Shown: positions 8,841 through 18,939 of the stretch, one piece after another
Layout of the letters: the number at the start of each line of letters is the position of its first letter
Position numbering within the stretch: the first letter of the stretch is position 1
Source of the DNA: Gammaproteobacteria bacterium
Lineage (GTDB): Bacteria; Pseudomonadota; Gammaproteobacteria; Eutrophobiales; Eutrophobiaceae
Reading direction: 5' to 3'
NCBI GenBank assembly: GCA_963422205.2
Contig: CAXMWX010000003.1
Location: forward strand, 1 to 64,000
Length of the DNA stretch: 64,000 nt
Notes under the pieces: model-generated
The model's input: only the letters and a program-made list of their open reading frames with translations
Told to the model about the DNA's origin: nothing
Databases searched by the model: none
Translations under genes and position numbers: made by a program

Positions 8841-9929
8841 CTACTGATCAAAGTCGACAACGACCTTGTCGGCCACAGGATGCGCCTGACACGTCAGGAT
8901 ATAACCTGCTGCCACCTCATCCGGCTCAAGGCCGTGGCTCAAGTCCATATCCACCTCGCCAGCAAGCAGTTTGGCCTTGCAGGTGGCGCAAATACCGCCT
9001 TTGCAGGCAAACGGCAGATCAAGGCCAAGATCAAGCCCGCCATCGAGAATATTTTCCCCATCGGCTGCCAGCTCGAAGGTGTTTTCTCTGCCGCCGATAA
9101 TGATGGTCACTTCGGTCACCTTGCCGGCCAGCGTGGTCGCCCTGGCATGATGCTTGGCCAGAGCCGCCTCGGCATCGGCGGCTGATGAGGCAAATAATTC
9201 ATAGTGAATGTTGGTCTCAGTAATACCGGCTGCCCGCAATCCCCGGGAGACCTCTGAAATCATCGCTTCCGGGCCGCATAAAAAAAACTCATCGACTGCC
9301 TCCAGCACCAGTAAGTGCTCGCACAATTCAGCCCCTTTTTTGTTGTTAATGCGGCCGGTGAGAATCTCGACATCCTGTTTTTCCCGGCTGAGAATATTCA
9401 GCCATTGAAAGCGCGCCATGTGGGTATTTTTCAAGGCTTCCAACTCCTCTTTGAACATAATCGTGGCGACTTTTTGATTACCGAACAGCAGCGTAACATG
9501 GCTGTTGCTCTCCACGGTCAGGATCGTTTTAATAATAGACAAGACCGGGGTGATGCCGCTGCCAGCGGCAATGCAGAGATAATTTTTATCATTGTCGGGC
9601 GTCACCTCAGTATAAAAATTACCCTGTGCGGGCATGACCTCAATGACATCGCCGGCGTTGATTTGCTGATTGATAAAGGTGGAAAACAAGCCGCCTTCAA
9701 TGTGCTTGACGGCAATACGCAAGTCTGGGTCGGTCACAGCCGAACAAATTGAATAGGAGCGCCGCACTTCCACCCCGTCAAACTCCTTTCTCAAGGTGAG
9801 GTATTGCCCCTGCTTGTAGGCAAACTTGTCCTGGTATTTGGCAGGGATGGCAAACGTCAGACAGACGGCCGCCTCCGTCTGCTGTTCAATACGGGCGACC
9901 GTCAACGAATAAAAATCATTCACAGGCAT
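8841..9929 (-). CDS. paaE: Phenylacetyl-CoA epoxidase reductase subunit
   Basis: 'RRSYSI', 'AAGSGITP', C-terminal 2Fe-2S 'PFACKGGICATC'. Confidence 0.93.
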   Translation of the reverse strand: MPVNDFYSLTVARIEQQTEAAVCLTFAIPAKYQDKFAYKQGQYLTLRKEFDGVEVRRSYSICSAVTDPDLRIAVKHIEGGLFSTFINQQINAGDVIEVMPAQGNFYTEVTPDNDKNYLCIAAGSGITPVLSIIKTILTVESNSHVTLLFGNQKVATIMFKEELEALKNTHMARFQWLNILSREKQDVEILTGRINNKKGAELCEHLLVLEAVDEFFLCGPEAMISEVSRGLRAAGITETNIHYELFASSAADAEAALAKHHARATTLAGKVTEVTIIIGGRENTFELAADGENILDGGLDLGLDLPFACKGGICATCKAKLLAGEVDMDLSHGLEPDEVAAGYILTCQAHPVADKVVVDFDQ

Positions 9930-10489
9930 TTGAAATGATCAAAAGGCTCCAGACAGGCATGACACTGATACAATGCCTTGCAGGCGGTGGAGCCGAACTC
10001 ACTCAGCATGACCGTATCGGTTGAGCGACACTGCGGACAAGGTACGGGGGCTGCTGGTTTGCACAAGCGGCGTTTGTCGCTGGCCTTGCCGACCGGCGGG
10101 GCAATGCCGAAGGCGAGTAATTTCTCCCGTCCCTGCCGGGTCAGCCGGTCGGTACTCCAGGCGGGCGTGAGTTGTGTAATCAGCGTGTAGTTTTCGATCG
10201 CATTGACGGCCAGCACCGCATGTATATCCTCGGCAATACTCTGCATGGCAGGGCAACCGGTATAGGTCGGCGTGATGGTGATGATGTAGCCGCCCTCCCG
10301 TTCATCGACGGTACGCAGAATCCCCAGATCCACAATACTGAGAACGGGGATTTCAGGATCCGCCACACTCGCCAGGATTTTCCTTATCCGGTCGATGCCG
10401 GTAGCCGTCCCGGTGTCGATCTTTACCGGCGGCCGGACTGTTTCATTCAGCAGCGGTGCAAGCACCAGGTGTGTCGGCGGGGCTACCAT
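9920..10489 (-). CDS. paaD: Phenylacetyl-CoA epoxidase subunit D
   Basis: 'DPEIPVLSIVDLG', 'TPTYTGCPA', 'CPQC...FGSTACKALYQC..CLEPFDHFKC'. Confidence 0.93.
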   Translation of the reverse strand: MVAPPTHLVLAPLLNETVRPPVKIDTGTATGIDRIRKILASVADPEIPVLSIVDLGILRTVDEREGGYIITITPTYTGCPAMQSIAEDIHAVLAVNAIENYTLITQLTPAWSTDRLTRQGREKLLAFGIAPPVGKASDKRRLCKPAAPVPCPQCRSTDTVMLSEFGSTACKALYQCHACLEPFDHFKCL

Positions 10490-11247
10490 TGCAACCCCGG
10501 ATAGGCCCTCGGCACGGCCTGCATCTCGGCCAGCAGATAACCCATGTGCTCGGTGTGCAGGCCCTGACGTCCGCCATCCGGGGAGTGTGCTTGTGCCGGT
10601 TCATGCAGGCCCGTCTGTGCCAGTATCCGGTTCAACGCCGAGCGCCAGTGCTGTGCTGCTGTGGTCAAGCCGGGGGCGATCCCGCATGCCTGCATTTCCT
10701 CATCCACCGCATCAAAGCGGAAAAACTCGGTCGCATAAGGCCACACCTCATCCAGGCCAGCCTGTATGCGTACCTGGCTCTCGGCCGTGCCCGCCGCCAG
10801 CCGTATGGTCCAGTTACGGCTGCGTCTTAAATGGTAGTCACATTCTTTTATGGTCTTGGCGGCAATGCCGGCCAGGGTCTGGTCGGTTGAATGCAGTAGC
10901 TGCTGATAAAGCTGATAGTCATAGACATCAACCAGCAACTGCCGGGCGATAGTAAAGCCAAAATCGCCGCGGGGTAATTCCATGATCAAAAAATTACGCC
11001 AGTCGCGCACATCGCGGTAATAGGCAAAGTCATCCTCCGTCCTGCCCTCACCTTCCACCTCACCGGCATAGCTTAACAGCAGCCGGGCACGGCCAATCAA
11101 ATCCAGCGCAGTGTTCGCCATGGCGATATCCTCTTCCAGAAATGGCGCATGACCACACCACTCGGACAGGCGCTGGGCGTTGATGAGGGCGTTATCGCCC
11201 AGCCGCAGGATGAACTCAAGACATGCGGTTTGGCGCATCGTCAGCAC
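10483..11247 (-). CDS. paaC: Phenylacetyl-CoA epoxidase subunit C
   Basis: 'LRLGDNALI..QRLSEWCGHAP.LEED', 'HTEHMGYLLAEMQ'. Confidence 0.95.
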   Translation of the reverse strand: MLTMRQTACLEFILRLGDNALINAQRLSEWCGHAPFLEEDIAMANTALDLIGRARLLLSYAGEVEGEGRTEDDFAYYRDVRDWRNFLIMELPRGDFGFTIARQLLVDVYDYQLYQQLLHSTDQTLAGIAAKTIKECDYHLRRSRNWTIRLAAGTAESQVRIQAGLDEVWPYATEFFRFDAVDEEMQACGIAPGLTTAAQHWRSALNRILAQTGLHEPAQAHSPDGGRQGLHTEHMGYLLAEMQAVPRAYPGLQW

Positions 11248-11534
11248 TACAGCTTCAGATCATCCGGCACAGCATAGAACGTGGGATGGCGGTAAACCTT
11301 GTCGTCCGCCGGTTCAAACAGGCTGTCGGCCTCATCAAACTGACTGGCAACAATATCGGCTGAGCGCACCACCCAAATACTGCAACCCTCGCTGCGCCGG
11401 GTGTAGGTATCACGTGCATACTGCATGGCTTGTTCGCCATCGACCGCATGGATGCTGCCAACATGCTTGTGATTCAGCCCACGCTTGCTGCGAATGAAGA
11501 CCTCCCACAACGGCAGATGGCGGCTGTTACTCAA
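11247..11534 (-). CDS. paaB: Phenylacetyl-CoA epoxidase subunit B
   Basis: 'PLWEVFIRSKRGLNHKHVGS', 'YTRRSEG.SIWVV'. Confidence 0.95.
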   Translation of the reverse strand: MSNSRHLPLWEVFIRSKRGLNHKHVGSIHAVDGEQAMQYARDTYTRRSEGCSIWVVRSADIVASQFDEADSLFEPADDKVYRHPTFYAVPDDLKL

Positions 11535-11548
11535 CGATACGCCCCTTG

Positions 11549-12490
11549 TCAGGCCGCCTGTGCCTCTGGCGATCGATCAGCATGGGCGAGCACGGCCTCA
11601 CGCACCCAGGCACCTTCCTCATGTGCCTTGATGCGTGCCTTCATGCGCTCCTGGTTACACGGCCCATCGCCGGCGATAACGCGAAAAAACTCATTCCAGT
11701 CAATCGACCCAAAATCATAATGCTGCCGCTCTTCATTCCAGGCCAATTCGGAATCCGGGATGCTCAGCCCAAGGTACTCCGCCTGCGGCACCGATTGATC
11801 GACAAACTTCTGCCGCAACTCATCATTGCTGTTGCGTTTTATCTTCCACTTCATCGACTGCGCCGAATGGGTGGATGTGGCATCGCTGGGGCCGAACATC
11901 ATCAACGATGGCCACCACCACCGGTTCAGCGCATCCTGTGCCATCGCTTTTTGCTCTGCTGCGCCCTGGCATAATGTCATCAATAATTCATAGCCCTGCC
12001 GCTGATGAAAGCTCTCCTCCTTGCAGACACGCACCATCGCCCGGGCATAGGGGCCGTAGGAGGTCCTGCACAGCGGCACCTGGTTCATGATCGCCGCCCC
12101 ATCCACCAGCCAGCCAATCGCACCCACATCCGCCCAGGTCAGGGTAGGATAATTAAAGATGCTGGAATACTTCGCCTTGCCTGTGTGCAACTGCTCGATC
12201 ATCTCCTCGCGCGAGACCCCCAAGGTTTCCGCCGCACTGTAGAGATACAAACCATGCCCGGCCTCATCCTGCACCTTGGCCAGCAGGATGGCCTTGCGGC
12301 GCAGGGAGGGCGCGCGGGTAATCCAGTTGCCTTCGGGTAATTGTCCGACCACCTCGGAGTGGGCGTGCTGCGATATCTGGCGGATCAGGGTCTTGCGGTA
12401 AGCCTCCGGCATCCAGTCGCGCGGCTCTATCCTTTGCTCGGCATCAATCCTGGCCTGAAAGGTTTGCTGTTGTTTCTCTGTATCGCTCAT
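11549..12490 (-). CDS. paaA: Phenylacetyl-CoA epoxidase subunit A
   Basis: '[26 protein letters not shown]'; start reassigned to ATG 12490 after GAGG. Confidence 0.96.
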   Translation of the reverse strand: MSDTEKQQQTFQARIDAEQRIEPRDWMPEAYRKTLIRQISQHAHSEVVGQLPEGNWITRAPSLRRKAILLAKVQDEAGHGLYLYSAAETLGVSREEMIEQLHTGKAKYSSIFNYPTLTWADVGAIGWLVDGAAIMNQVPLCRTSYGPYARAMVRVCKEESFHQRQGYELLMTLCQGAAEQKAMAQDALNRWWWPSLMMFGPSDATSTHSAQSMKWKIKRNSNDELRQKFVDQSVPQAEYLGLSIPDSELAWNEERQHYDFGSIDWNEFFRVIAGDGPCNQERMKARIKAHEEGAWVREAVLAHADRSPEAQAA

Positions 12491-12533
12491 CGTCGCCTCG
12501 TTGCACGCCATCTGATGTGCTGTTTGATTATTT

Positions 12534-12575
12534 ATGATACAAAATATCCTCATAAATTTTAGATTTTTGTATCAT
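12534..12575. promoter_or_regulatory. PaaX operator (GATACA-N26-TGTATC)
   Basis: GATACA 12536-12541, 26-nt spacer, TGTATC 12568-12573; extends to an 11-bp perfect inverted repeat; upstream of paaA; matches the recalled Pseudomonas-type PaaX site. Confidence 0.85.
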
Positions 12576-12588
12576 TTTATGCAAGGCG

Positions 12589-14259
12589 TTATTGGTGAGA
12601 CTCGCTGGCACCTGCGGCTCCCAGCCCGGTTTGTGAACGCACGTATTGGTATGTGAAGCTGCTCGCTTCTTTGTTTGCCGACTCGCTCCCATCCAGCAAT
12701 GAGATAACGATGATGCTGATAAAAGCAGCCGACATGGAAAACAAGGCCGGATGTTTGTACGGGAAGATCGCCTCGGCATGGCCTAATATGTCCACCCAGA
12801 TAGTCGGCCCCAGCAACATGCAGATCACCGCCGTCAACAGGCCGACAGCACCACCAATGAAGGCGCCACGGGTTGACAGGCGCTGCCAGTACATGGATAA
12901 AAACAGGATGGGAAAATTCACGCTGGCGGCAATAGCGAATGCAAGCCCCACCATATACGCCACGTTTTGTTGCTCAAACAAAATCCCTGACAGAATGGCG
13001 ACCAGCCCAAGGCCGAATGTGGCAATGCGTGAGATGAGTAACTCCTCTGCCTCATCGGTCAGGCCATGACGCAGCACACTGGCGTAGAGATCATGCGAGA
13101 TGGCCGATGCGCCGGATAAGGTCAGGCCGGAGACCACCGCCAGGATGGTGGCAAATGCCACGGCGGAGATAAACCCAAGAAAGACTTCGCCGCCCACGGC
13201 TGCCGATAAATGCACCGCCGCCATGTTATTGCCGCCGATAATGCCGCCGTTGCCTGCATCCAGAAATTGTGGATTGGTCGTCAACATGACGATCGCCCCA
13301 AACCCGATGATGAAGGTTAAGAGATAAAAGTAACCGATAAAACCGGTGGCGTAACATACCGATTTCCGCGCCTCATCGGCATCGGGCACGGTAAAAAAAC
13401 GCATGAGGATATGCGGCAGCCCGGCGGTGCCGAACATCAGCGCCAGCCCCAGGGAAATCGCCGATATGGGATCAGAGACCAGCCCGCCGGGCGCCAGGAT
13501 ATCCAGCCCCCGATCATGCACTTCGACAGCACGCACAAACAGATTGTGCAGAGAGAAATCCATCGCCTGCATGACAGCAATCGCCATGAAGGTCGCCCCG
13601 GATAATAACAACACCGCCTTGATGATCTGCACCCAGGTGGTCGCCAACATGCCGCCAAGGCTCACATACGAGATCATCAGCACACCGACGATCACCACGG
13701 CATACTGGTATTCAAGCCCAAACAACACCTGAATCAATTTGCCTGCGCCGACCATTTGCGCTATCAGGTATAACAACACGACAGTCAACGTGCCGCAAGC
13801 CGACAAGCTGCGTATGGGCAGTGCCTGCAAGCGGTAACTGACGGCATCGGCGAAGGTGTATTTGCCGAGGTTTCGGAGGCGCTCGGCCAGCAGGAATAAA
13901 ATGATCGGCCAGCCAACCAGGAAGCCGATGGCGTAGATCAGACCATCAAAGCCGGAGGCAAACACCAGGCCGGAAATACCCAGAAATGAGGCCGCCGACA
14001 TGTAATCACCGGCAATCGCCAGGCCGTTTTGCAGGCCACTGATACCGCCGCCAGCCGAATAAAAATCCTTTGTCGTGCGAGTCCGGCGTGCTGCCCACCA
14101 GGTAATACCCAAGGTGGCACTGACAAACAGCAGGAACATGACAATGGCCGTCGGGTTTACTGGCGGGCGGGAGGCGGCAGCCGCTGGCACAGCCGCCAGC
14201 ACGGTTAAGGTCAGGACGCTACCGGCAGATACAACCAACCCCCTTGACAGCCCTGCCAT
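12589..14259 (-). CDS. actP: Cation/acetate symporter ActP (SSS family; likely phenylacetate/acetate uptake)
   Basis: '[18 protein letters not shown]', '[16 protein letters not shown]'. Confidence 0.93.
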   Translation of the reverse strand: MAGLSRGLVVSAGSVLTLTVLAAVPAAAASRPPVNPTAIVMFLLFVSATLGITWWAARRTRTTKDFYSAGGGISGLQNGLAIAGDYMSAASFLGISGLVFASGFDGLIYAIGFLVGWPIILFLLAERLRNLGKYTFADAVSYRLQALPIRSLSACGTLTVVLLYLIAQMVGAGKLIQVLFGLEYQYAVVIVGVLMISYVSLGGMLATTWVQIIKAVLLLSGATFMAIAVMQAMDFSLHNLFVRAVEVHDRGLDILAPGGLVSDPISAISLGLALMFGTAGLPHILMRFFTVPDADEARKSVCYATGFIGYFYLLTFIIGFGAIVMLTTNPQFLDAGNGGIIGGNNMAAVHLSAAVGGEVFLGFISAVAFATILAVVSGLTLSGASAISHDLYASVLRHGLTDEAEELLISRIATFGLGLVAILSGILFEQQNVAYMVGLAFAIAASVNFPILFLSMYWQRLSTRGAFIGGAVGLLTAVICMLLGPTIWVDILGHAEAIFPYKHPALFSMSAAFISIIVISLLDGSESANKEASSFTYQYVRSQTGLGAAGASESHQ

Positions 14260-14261
14260 AA

Positions 14262-14576
14262 TCAGTGGCTCTTCTGGTTGCGCCTGATGATACGATCCCG
14301 CAATTTATCGAACTCGGCATTCGCCCGGTAGACATAAACACCGGTCAAGAGAAAACTCAACACGATGATCGCCACACCCACCGGGATCCCCCAGGTGATG
14401 ATGTGATCGGAAAAGACCGGGCGGGCGAGAACCTCGGGCGCAAAGGCGATGATGAGGATAAAACTGAAATAGGCACTGAAGACGATGCCCGCCAACAGCC
14501 AGCTGAACCGGCCGCGCTTTCTCTCCAGTGCATGAAATTCAGGATCGGCATGGATGCGCTCGTATACATCCTGCAT
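14262..14576 (-). CDS. yjcH: DUF485 membrane protein (YjcH-like)
   Basis: '[16 protein letters not shown]', '[12 protein letters not shown]'; start reassigned to MQDVY after GGAGAG. Confidence 0.9.
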   Translation of the reverse strand: MQDVYERIHADPEFHALERKRGRFSWLLAGIVFSAYFSFILIIAFAPEVLARPVFSDHIITWGIPVGVAIIVLSFLLTGVYVYRANAEFDKLRDRIIRRNQKSH

Positions 14577-14708
14577 GTCTCTCTCCGGTGGCGCGCAAGG
14601 TGTCGCCAGCGACTTACAGACCGACAAATGCATCATTCTACGCCACATGGTGGTAACGGTTCAAGAGCGCGTAGTTCAGCGCCGTATATCCTCTCCCGAG
14701 TCGCATTC

Positions 14709-14828
14709 CTAGAAATGCGCCAGGCCCAGCGAGGCACCGAAGGCAAACTCACGCTCACCCGCCTGTGCCGATAACAGACCAAAGGACAACAGCGTCAAGA
14801 CAGCAGCCAGATGTTTGTATTGTTTCAT
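14709..14828 (-). pseudogene. Truncated outer-membrane beta-barrel gene (signal peptide plus first strand)
   Basis: AGGAG RBS, then 'MKQYKHLAAVLTLLSFGLLSAQA|GEREFAFGASLG' and a premature TAG. Confidence 0.55.
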
Positions 14829-15059
14829 TATCGATCTCCTTAAATTTTCAGATGAGTCGTATTGGAATACGCCGACCGGGTCTGCCCTTAGATAACATCT
14901 CCCTAAAATAACCCGTCCTGCCAATGCAAGCCTGCTTATGATGACAACGGTCCAGCCCTTGCCAAGCCTTGCATCAGGGGCCCGCCAGTAGTCAGGTAAA
15001 GGAATAGTGGAGCATAGTGGAATTGTCGTCCGATGGCACCTTCGTTATGCCCTGTTTGC

Positions 15060-15105
15060 TTGACTTCGATTCGACTGATGTTATATTACATGTGTTACAT
15101 GACAT
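15060..15105 (+). promoter_or_regulatory. Sigma70-like promoter with tandem operator
   Basis: TTGACT (15060) -16 nt- TATATT (15082); direct repeats TGTTATATTACAT (15079) and TGTTACATGACAT (15093). Confidence 0.55.
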
Positions 15106-15120
15106 AATTGTGAGCATCTG

Positions 15121-15327
15121 ATGGCACGAGGAAAATCAGGCAGAGTGGTGCTGGAAATAGACCCGGAATTGAAGCGTCAACTCTATGCCACGTTAGAAAA
15201 TAAGCAGCAAACCATGAAGGAATGGTTTATTCGAGAGGCTGAGGGTTTGGTCTACGGTGAAAAACAGTCCTCCCTTTTTGATACGCCAGAAGAACGTCAA
15301 ACCAGAAAAACTGGTGATGAGAAATGA
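15121..15327 (+). CDS. Small DNA-binding (ribbon-helix-helix-like) regulator of the R-M module
   Basis: 'GRVVLEIDPELKRQLYATL...TMKEWF' beta-alpha-alpha pattern; ATGA overlap with the methylase. Confidence 0.7.
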   Translation: MARGKSGRVVLEIDPELKRQLYATLENKQQTMKEWFIREAEGLVYGEKQSSLFDTPEERQTRKTGDEK

Positions 15328-16964
15328 ATTTCAAGGAAAATGAATCTGCCCAGAAGCTAAGAGGGGGTTACTACACTCCATATGATTTAGCTCACTATTT
15401 ATCTCAATGGGTTGCTGAAACAAACCCTAAAACCCTACTGGAACCCAGCTGCGGCGATGGGATATTTCTTGAATCTTTATCGGCTTCGCTTCTGGCACCT
15501 GCCTCAATTACTGCAATAGAGCTTGATAGCGAAGAAGCTAAACTCGCGGCAGAGAGAGCAAGCGCCCTCAAAAATTCGAAGGTCAATGTTTTATGTGCCA
15601 ATTTTTTGGAATGGCATTTAAATTCAGAACAGAAAAACGCCCAATATGACGCCATAGTCGGTAATCCTCCATTCATTAGATATCAATACTTATCAAAGAA
15701 AGACCAAGAATTAGCAGAGCGGATTTTTAGGCAGCATAATCTCCGCTTTACCAAGCATACTAACTCTTGGGTTCCTTTCGTTATTGCATCGTTGTCAATG
15801 CTTTGTCCTGGCGGACGACTGGCAATGGTTCTGCCGTCTGAAATATTGCATGTTCTTCACGCGCAATCCCTTCGATTTTATATCGGGCAACAATGCAAGA
15901 AGCTCATCATTATTGATCCAGAGGAAATCTGGTTTGATGGCACTTTACAGGGAGCCGTTTTATTACTTGCAGAGAAGAAGAAAAATAGTCAGGAACATAC
16001 CACCGGACTAGGCATTATCCAGACTAAAGGGAAGTCGTTTTTAGATCAAAGTCCTAGCCACTATTTCAATAAAACCAACTTTATCAATGGCAAAACCGTT
16101 GAGGGAAAATGGACAAGAGCATTATTAACTAAGAAAGAACTGGATATATTCGATGAGGTTATTAACAGTGAAAATGTTTATCAATTCACAGACATTGCCG
16201 ATGTTGATGTTGGCCTTGTAACCGGGGCGAACAAGTTTTTTTTGGTTAATGATGAGACTGTACATAACTATAATTTAGAAGAATGGTCACACCCCATGTT
16301 TGGCAGAAGTGAGCATTGCCCCGGCATCCTCTATGACGAGAAACAGCATCAAAATAATTCTGATGCTGGTCTTCCATCTAACTTCCTATGGTTTGATGTA
16401 AACGATGTTTCTGAGCTATCTAATAGTGCCCGTGAATATATTCGCTTGGGAGAGAATGAAAACTTGCATACACGCTACAAATGCAGAATACGTAAGCCAT
16501 GGTTCAAAGTTCCGTCTGTATATGCCACTCAAGTTGGTATGCTCAAACGTGCCCATGATATGCCTCGACTCATATTAAATGAGGTTGGCGCTTACACTAC
16601 CGATACGGCATATCGCGTTACAACCAAAAATTTTGACGCAAAGAAACTTGTCTACAGTTTTATTAATTCTCTTACAGCGCTTAGTTCAGAACTTGAGGGC
16701 AGATATTATGGTGGAGGCGTACTGGAACTTGTGCCCTCAGAAATTGAAAAGCTATATGTACCCATTCCGACACAGATTCGTCCTGCAATGAAAACGCTTG
16801 ATCAGATGATGAGAAAAGCCTCATCAAGTGAGGTGTTAGCTTATCAGGATAACAGAGTATTAAGAGACTTGGGCTTAACCATGAATGAGATCGCATGCCT
16901 CCATACGGCATGGGACAAACTGCGTAACAGACGGCAACGGACATCCAGCACCATCAATCAATAA
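15324..16964 (+). CDS. N6-adenine DNA methyltransferase (gamma class)
   Basis: 'GGYYTP', 'LLEPSCGDGIF', 'VGNPPF'; low GC. Confidence 0.92.
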   Translation: MNFKENESAQKLRGGYYTPYDLAHYLSQWVAETNPKTLLEPSCGDGIFLESLSASLLAPASITAIELDSEEAKLAAERASALKNSKVNVLCANFLEWHLNSEQKNAQYDAIVGNPPFIRYQYLSKKDQELAERIFRQHNLRFTKHTNSWVPFVIASLSMLCPGGRLAMVLPSEILHVLHAQSLRFYIGQQCKKLIIIDPEEIWFDGTLQGAVLLLAEKKKNSQEHTTGLGIIQTKGKSFLDQSPSHYFNKTNFINGKTVEGKWTRALLTKKELDIFDEVINSENVYQFTDIADVDVGLVTGANKFFLVNDETVHNYNLEEWSHPMFGRSEHCPGILYDEKQHQNNSDAGLPSNFLWFDVNDVSELSNSAREYIRLGENENLHTRYKCRIRKPWFKVPSVYATQVGMLKRAHDMPRLILNEVGAYTTDTAYRVTTKNFDAKKLVYSFINSLTALSSELEGRYYGGGVLELVPSEIEKLYVPIPTQIRPAMKTLDQMMRKASSSEVLAYQDNRVLRDLGLTMNEIACLHTAWDKLRNRRQRTSSTINQ

Positions 16965-18087
16965 CAATCATAAAATCAGTCGAATTTTTCCTGTACAATC
17001 GCAAAGTGCGATCCAGCAGATCGCGCCTTGCGATTAGAGCCCTTGCTTCGCCCCACTTTATTTTGGTCATGCTATTTCTCTGCTTATAACTGCTTGTATC
17101 CGTTCTGGGATCATGGGTAACTTCCAGTTCATACATCCCGTAAGAGTGATTTTTGATCACGATTTCAGTATGGATTGTTGCACGTTCAAGATGAGGGCTG
17201 CTTGAGGCAGGGTTTGTACCCCAGTTCAAATCAGAGAACACCACTTCCCGGAAATAATGTTGGAAATCTATATCCTCCATTAAACCTTGCCCCAGGTTGG
17301 TATCCCCTGTGATGTTGGTTGTCTCTCCTCGGGGAATATTCAGGCTTCTTTCGGTAAGCGGCTTGCTTTCCCACACTAAAATACTCGTGTTAGCAACTAT
17401 TTTGGCTTTGCGAACCTTTATTGCTGGATTTGGACTTGGCTTTCTTTTTTCAAATGTCGGTATTGGCTTTAACCGGTCTCTAACCTTGTTGCTCTGTGTT
17501 TTATTGGTTGCAGGTAATCTTGTTAAGCGTTCATCCTCTAATCGGCCTTCGTGTAGTAGTTCAACGGCTTGTCTAGGGCCAGTAATTTGAAATACATGAT
17601 CGGGGTATGTTGCTGGGAGATGAGTAATAGTCGTAACCAGCTTTTGAAGATAATCGTTGTCTGACTGTTGGCTTCTATTTAGCTTGATAAATGAACTCGC
17701 TTCTATGTTCTGGCTCAAGCCTCCAAATGTCAAATTGGCACTACCCAATACGACAAAGGCGCCAGTGTCACTATAGGCTGCATATATTTTTGGATGAAAT
17801 ATCTTTTTATTTGAAGCTGTATCTACAACATATGGATTGATCCCGATTTCTAATAACGAAAAAACACTTTGCACAGAGGTAATTCCGTTCCTGATGCCAA
17901 TAAATATCTGAGATTTATCTGCTACATTTCCCAAATTGTCCTTAATTCCATCCACCCCATTTTTTCTCACGAAGGCGAGGCTGAATAAATAGTTATCCAT
18001 AGCAGGGGCTGTTAGCAACTTATTGACCGCTGTTTCATGATCATCGTTTTGACTTAATCCCTGAAGGATAATCTCAACTTCTGCCAT
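16954..18087 (-). CDS. Phospholipase D-family restriction endonuclease
   Basis: Single HKD-type motif 'FHPKIY...GSANLT..GLSQNIEAS' as in BfiI/NgoFVII-type nucleases; convergent with the methylase. Confidence 0.85.
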   Translation of the reverse strand: MAEVEIILQGLSQNDDHETAVNKLLTAPAMDNYLFSLAFVRKNGVDGIKDNLGNVADKSQIFIGIRNGITSVQSVFSLLEIGINPYVVDTASNKKIFHPKIYAAYSDTGAFVVLGSANLTFGGLSQNIEASSFIKLNRSQQSDNDYLQKLVTTITHLPATYPDHVFQITGPRQAVELLHEGRLEDERLTRLPATNKTQSNKVRDRLKPIPTFEKRKPSPNPAIKVRKAKIVANTSILVWESKPLTERSLNIPRGETTNITGDTNLGQGLMEDIDFQHYFREVVFSDLNWGTNPASSSPHLERATIHTEIVIKNHSYGMYELEVTHDPRTDTSSYKQRNSMTKIKWGEARALIARRDLLDRTLRLYRKNSTDFMIVID

Positions 18088-18122
18088 TTGTCTGCCAGCG
18101 GCTCCAGTCTATGTTTACTGGG

Positions 18123-18198
18123 GCATAACGCCGTGGTAAGCCGCCGAAGCGCAGCGTAGGAAACAAAACGCGCAAGCGGTTTAACCATCTTGTTAGCT
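18123..18198 (-). other. attC recombination site
   Basis: Minus strand AGCTAAC aagatgg TTAAACcg ... cgGCTTA ccacggc GTTATGC; R''/L''/L'/R' layout with central imperfect palindrome. Confidence 0.75.
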
Positions 18199-18504
18199 AT
18201 AGATACTCTTCATAACGCACTGCTTTTTTATTATTTGATTTACTCTCATTATCCATAAAAAACACCCTGTATGAATCCGACACCTATTGCCCCTTTGTGT
18301 GCCTGCCGGTGCGGTGAAACCTTTAATCCGATAACCTACATGCTGATATTTCGCTCGCTTTCTCCCTCTGAACAGCGCAATAGATTTTTGAGCTTATACA
18401 GCCCCTGTAAAGCCTTGCATCAGGCGAACAGCGCAACCAGCCGCAGCATGCATGGCCTTGTTGCATCGCCCTGTTAGCCTGTTCCGATATCCCGCCGGAT
18501 GGGC

Positions 18505-18939
18505 CTAGTCCGCCAGCACTTCTCCCCTTATCTCACAGGACTGACCATAAAAACAGGCGATGATGGCATCATCCTGGTCTTTCACAGTGACCTTGTATTG
18601 CCCATAGCGCCCGTCCTGTGACTGGTGTTCGGCGACCGCTGTCAGCCGGTCATCCGCTTTTGCCGGTTGTTTAAACTCAATCCGACACTGTTGTGCCACC
18701 GTAGCCCGGTTACGGCTGTTGCAGGCAAAGGCAAAGGCACTGTCTGCCAGGGTAAAAATAAACCCGCCGTGGCAGATGGCATGGCCGTTCAACATGCTGG
18801 CCGTAATCGGCATGCTGAGCTCGGCATAGCCTGCACCTGCCTTCTCAATCACCATGCCAAGCTGCTGCGATGCCTTATCCCGGGCATACATGGCCCTGGC
18901 ACAAGCCGCTGCCAGTGCATCACCGGTTAACTTGCTCAT
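18505..18939 (-). CDS. paaI: Acyl-CoA thioesterase PaaI
   Basis: 'MLNGHAICHGGFIFTLADSAFAFACNS'; start reassigned to MSKLTG. Confidence 0.92.
   Translation of the reverse strand: MSKLTGDALAAACARAMYARDKASQQLGMVIEKAGAGYAELSMPITASMLNGHAICHGGFIFTLADSAFAFACNSRNRATVAQQCRIEFKQPAKADDRLTAVAEHQSQDGRYGQYKVTVKDQDDAIIACFYGQSCEIRGEVLAD

Larger units (their letters stand above)
15044..18198 (-). mobile_element. Integron-type gene cassette carrying an R-M system (no integrase in the window)
   Basis: attC at 18123-18198; cassette starts GTTATGCCC and ends with the complementary GGGCATAAC at 15052-15044 (minus strand). Confidence 0.65.

Noticed and set aside
18271-18477. ORF as a possible integron integrase, with a LexA box
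   Set aside because: No tyrosine-recombinase motifs; CTGT-N8-ACAG is not satisfied.
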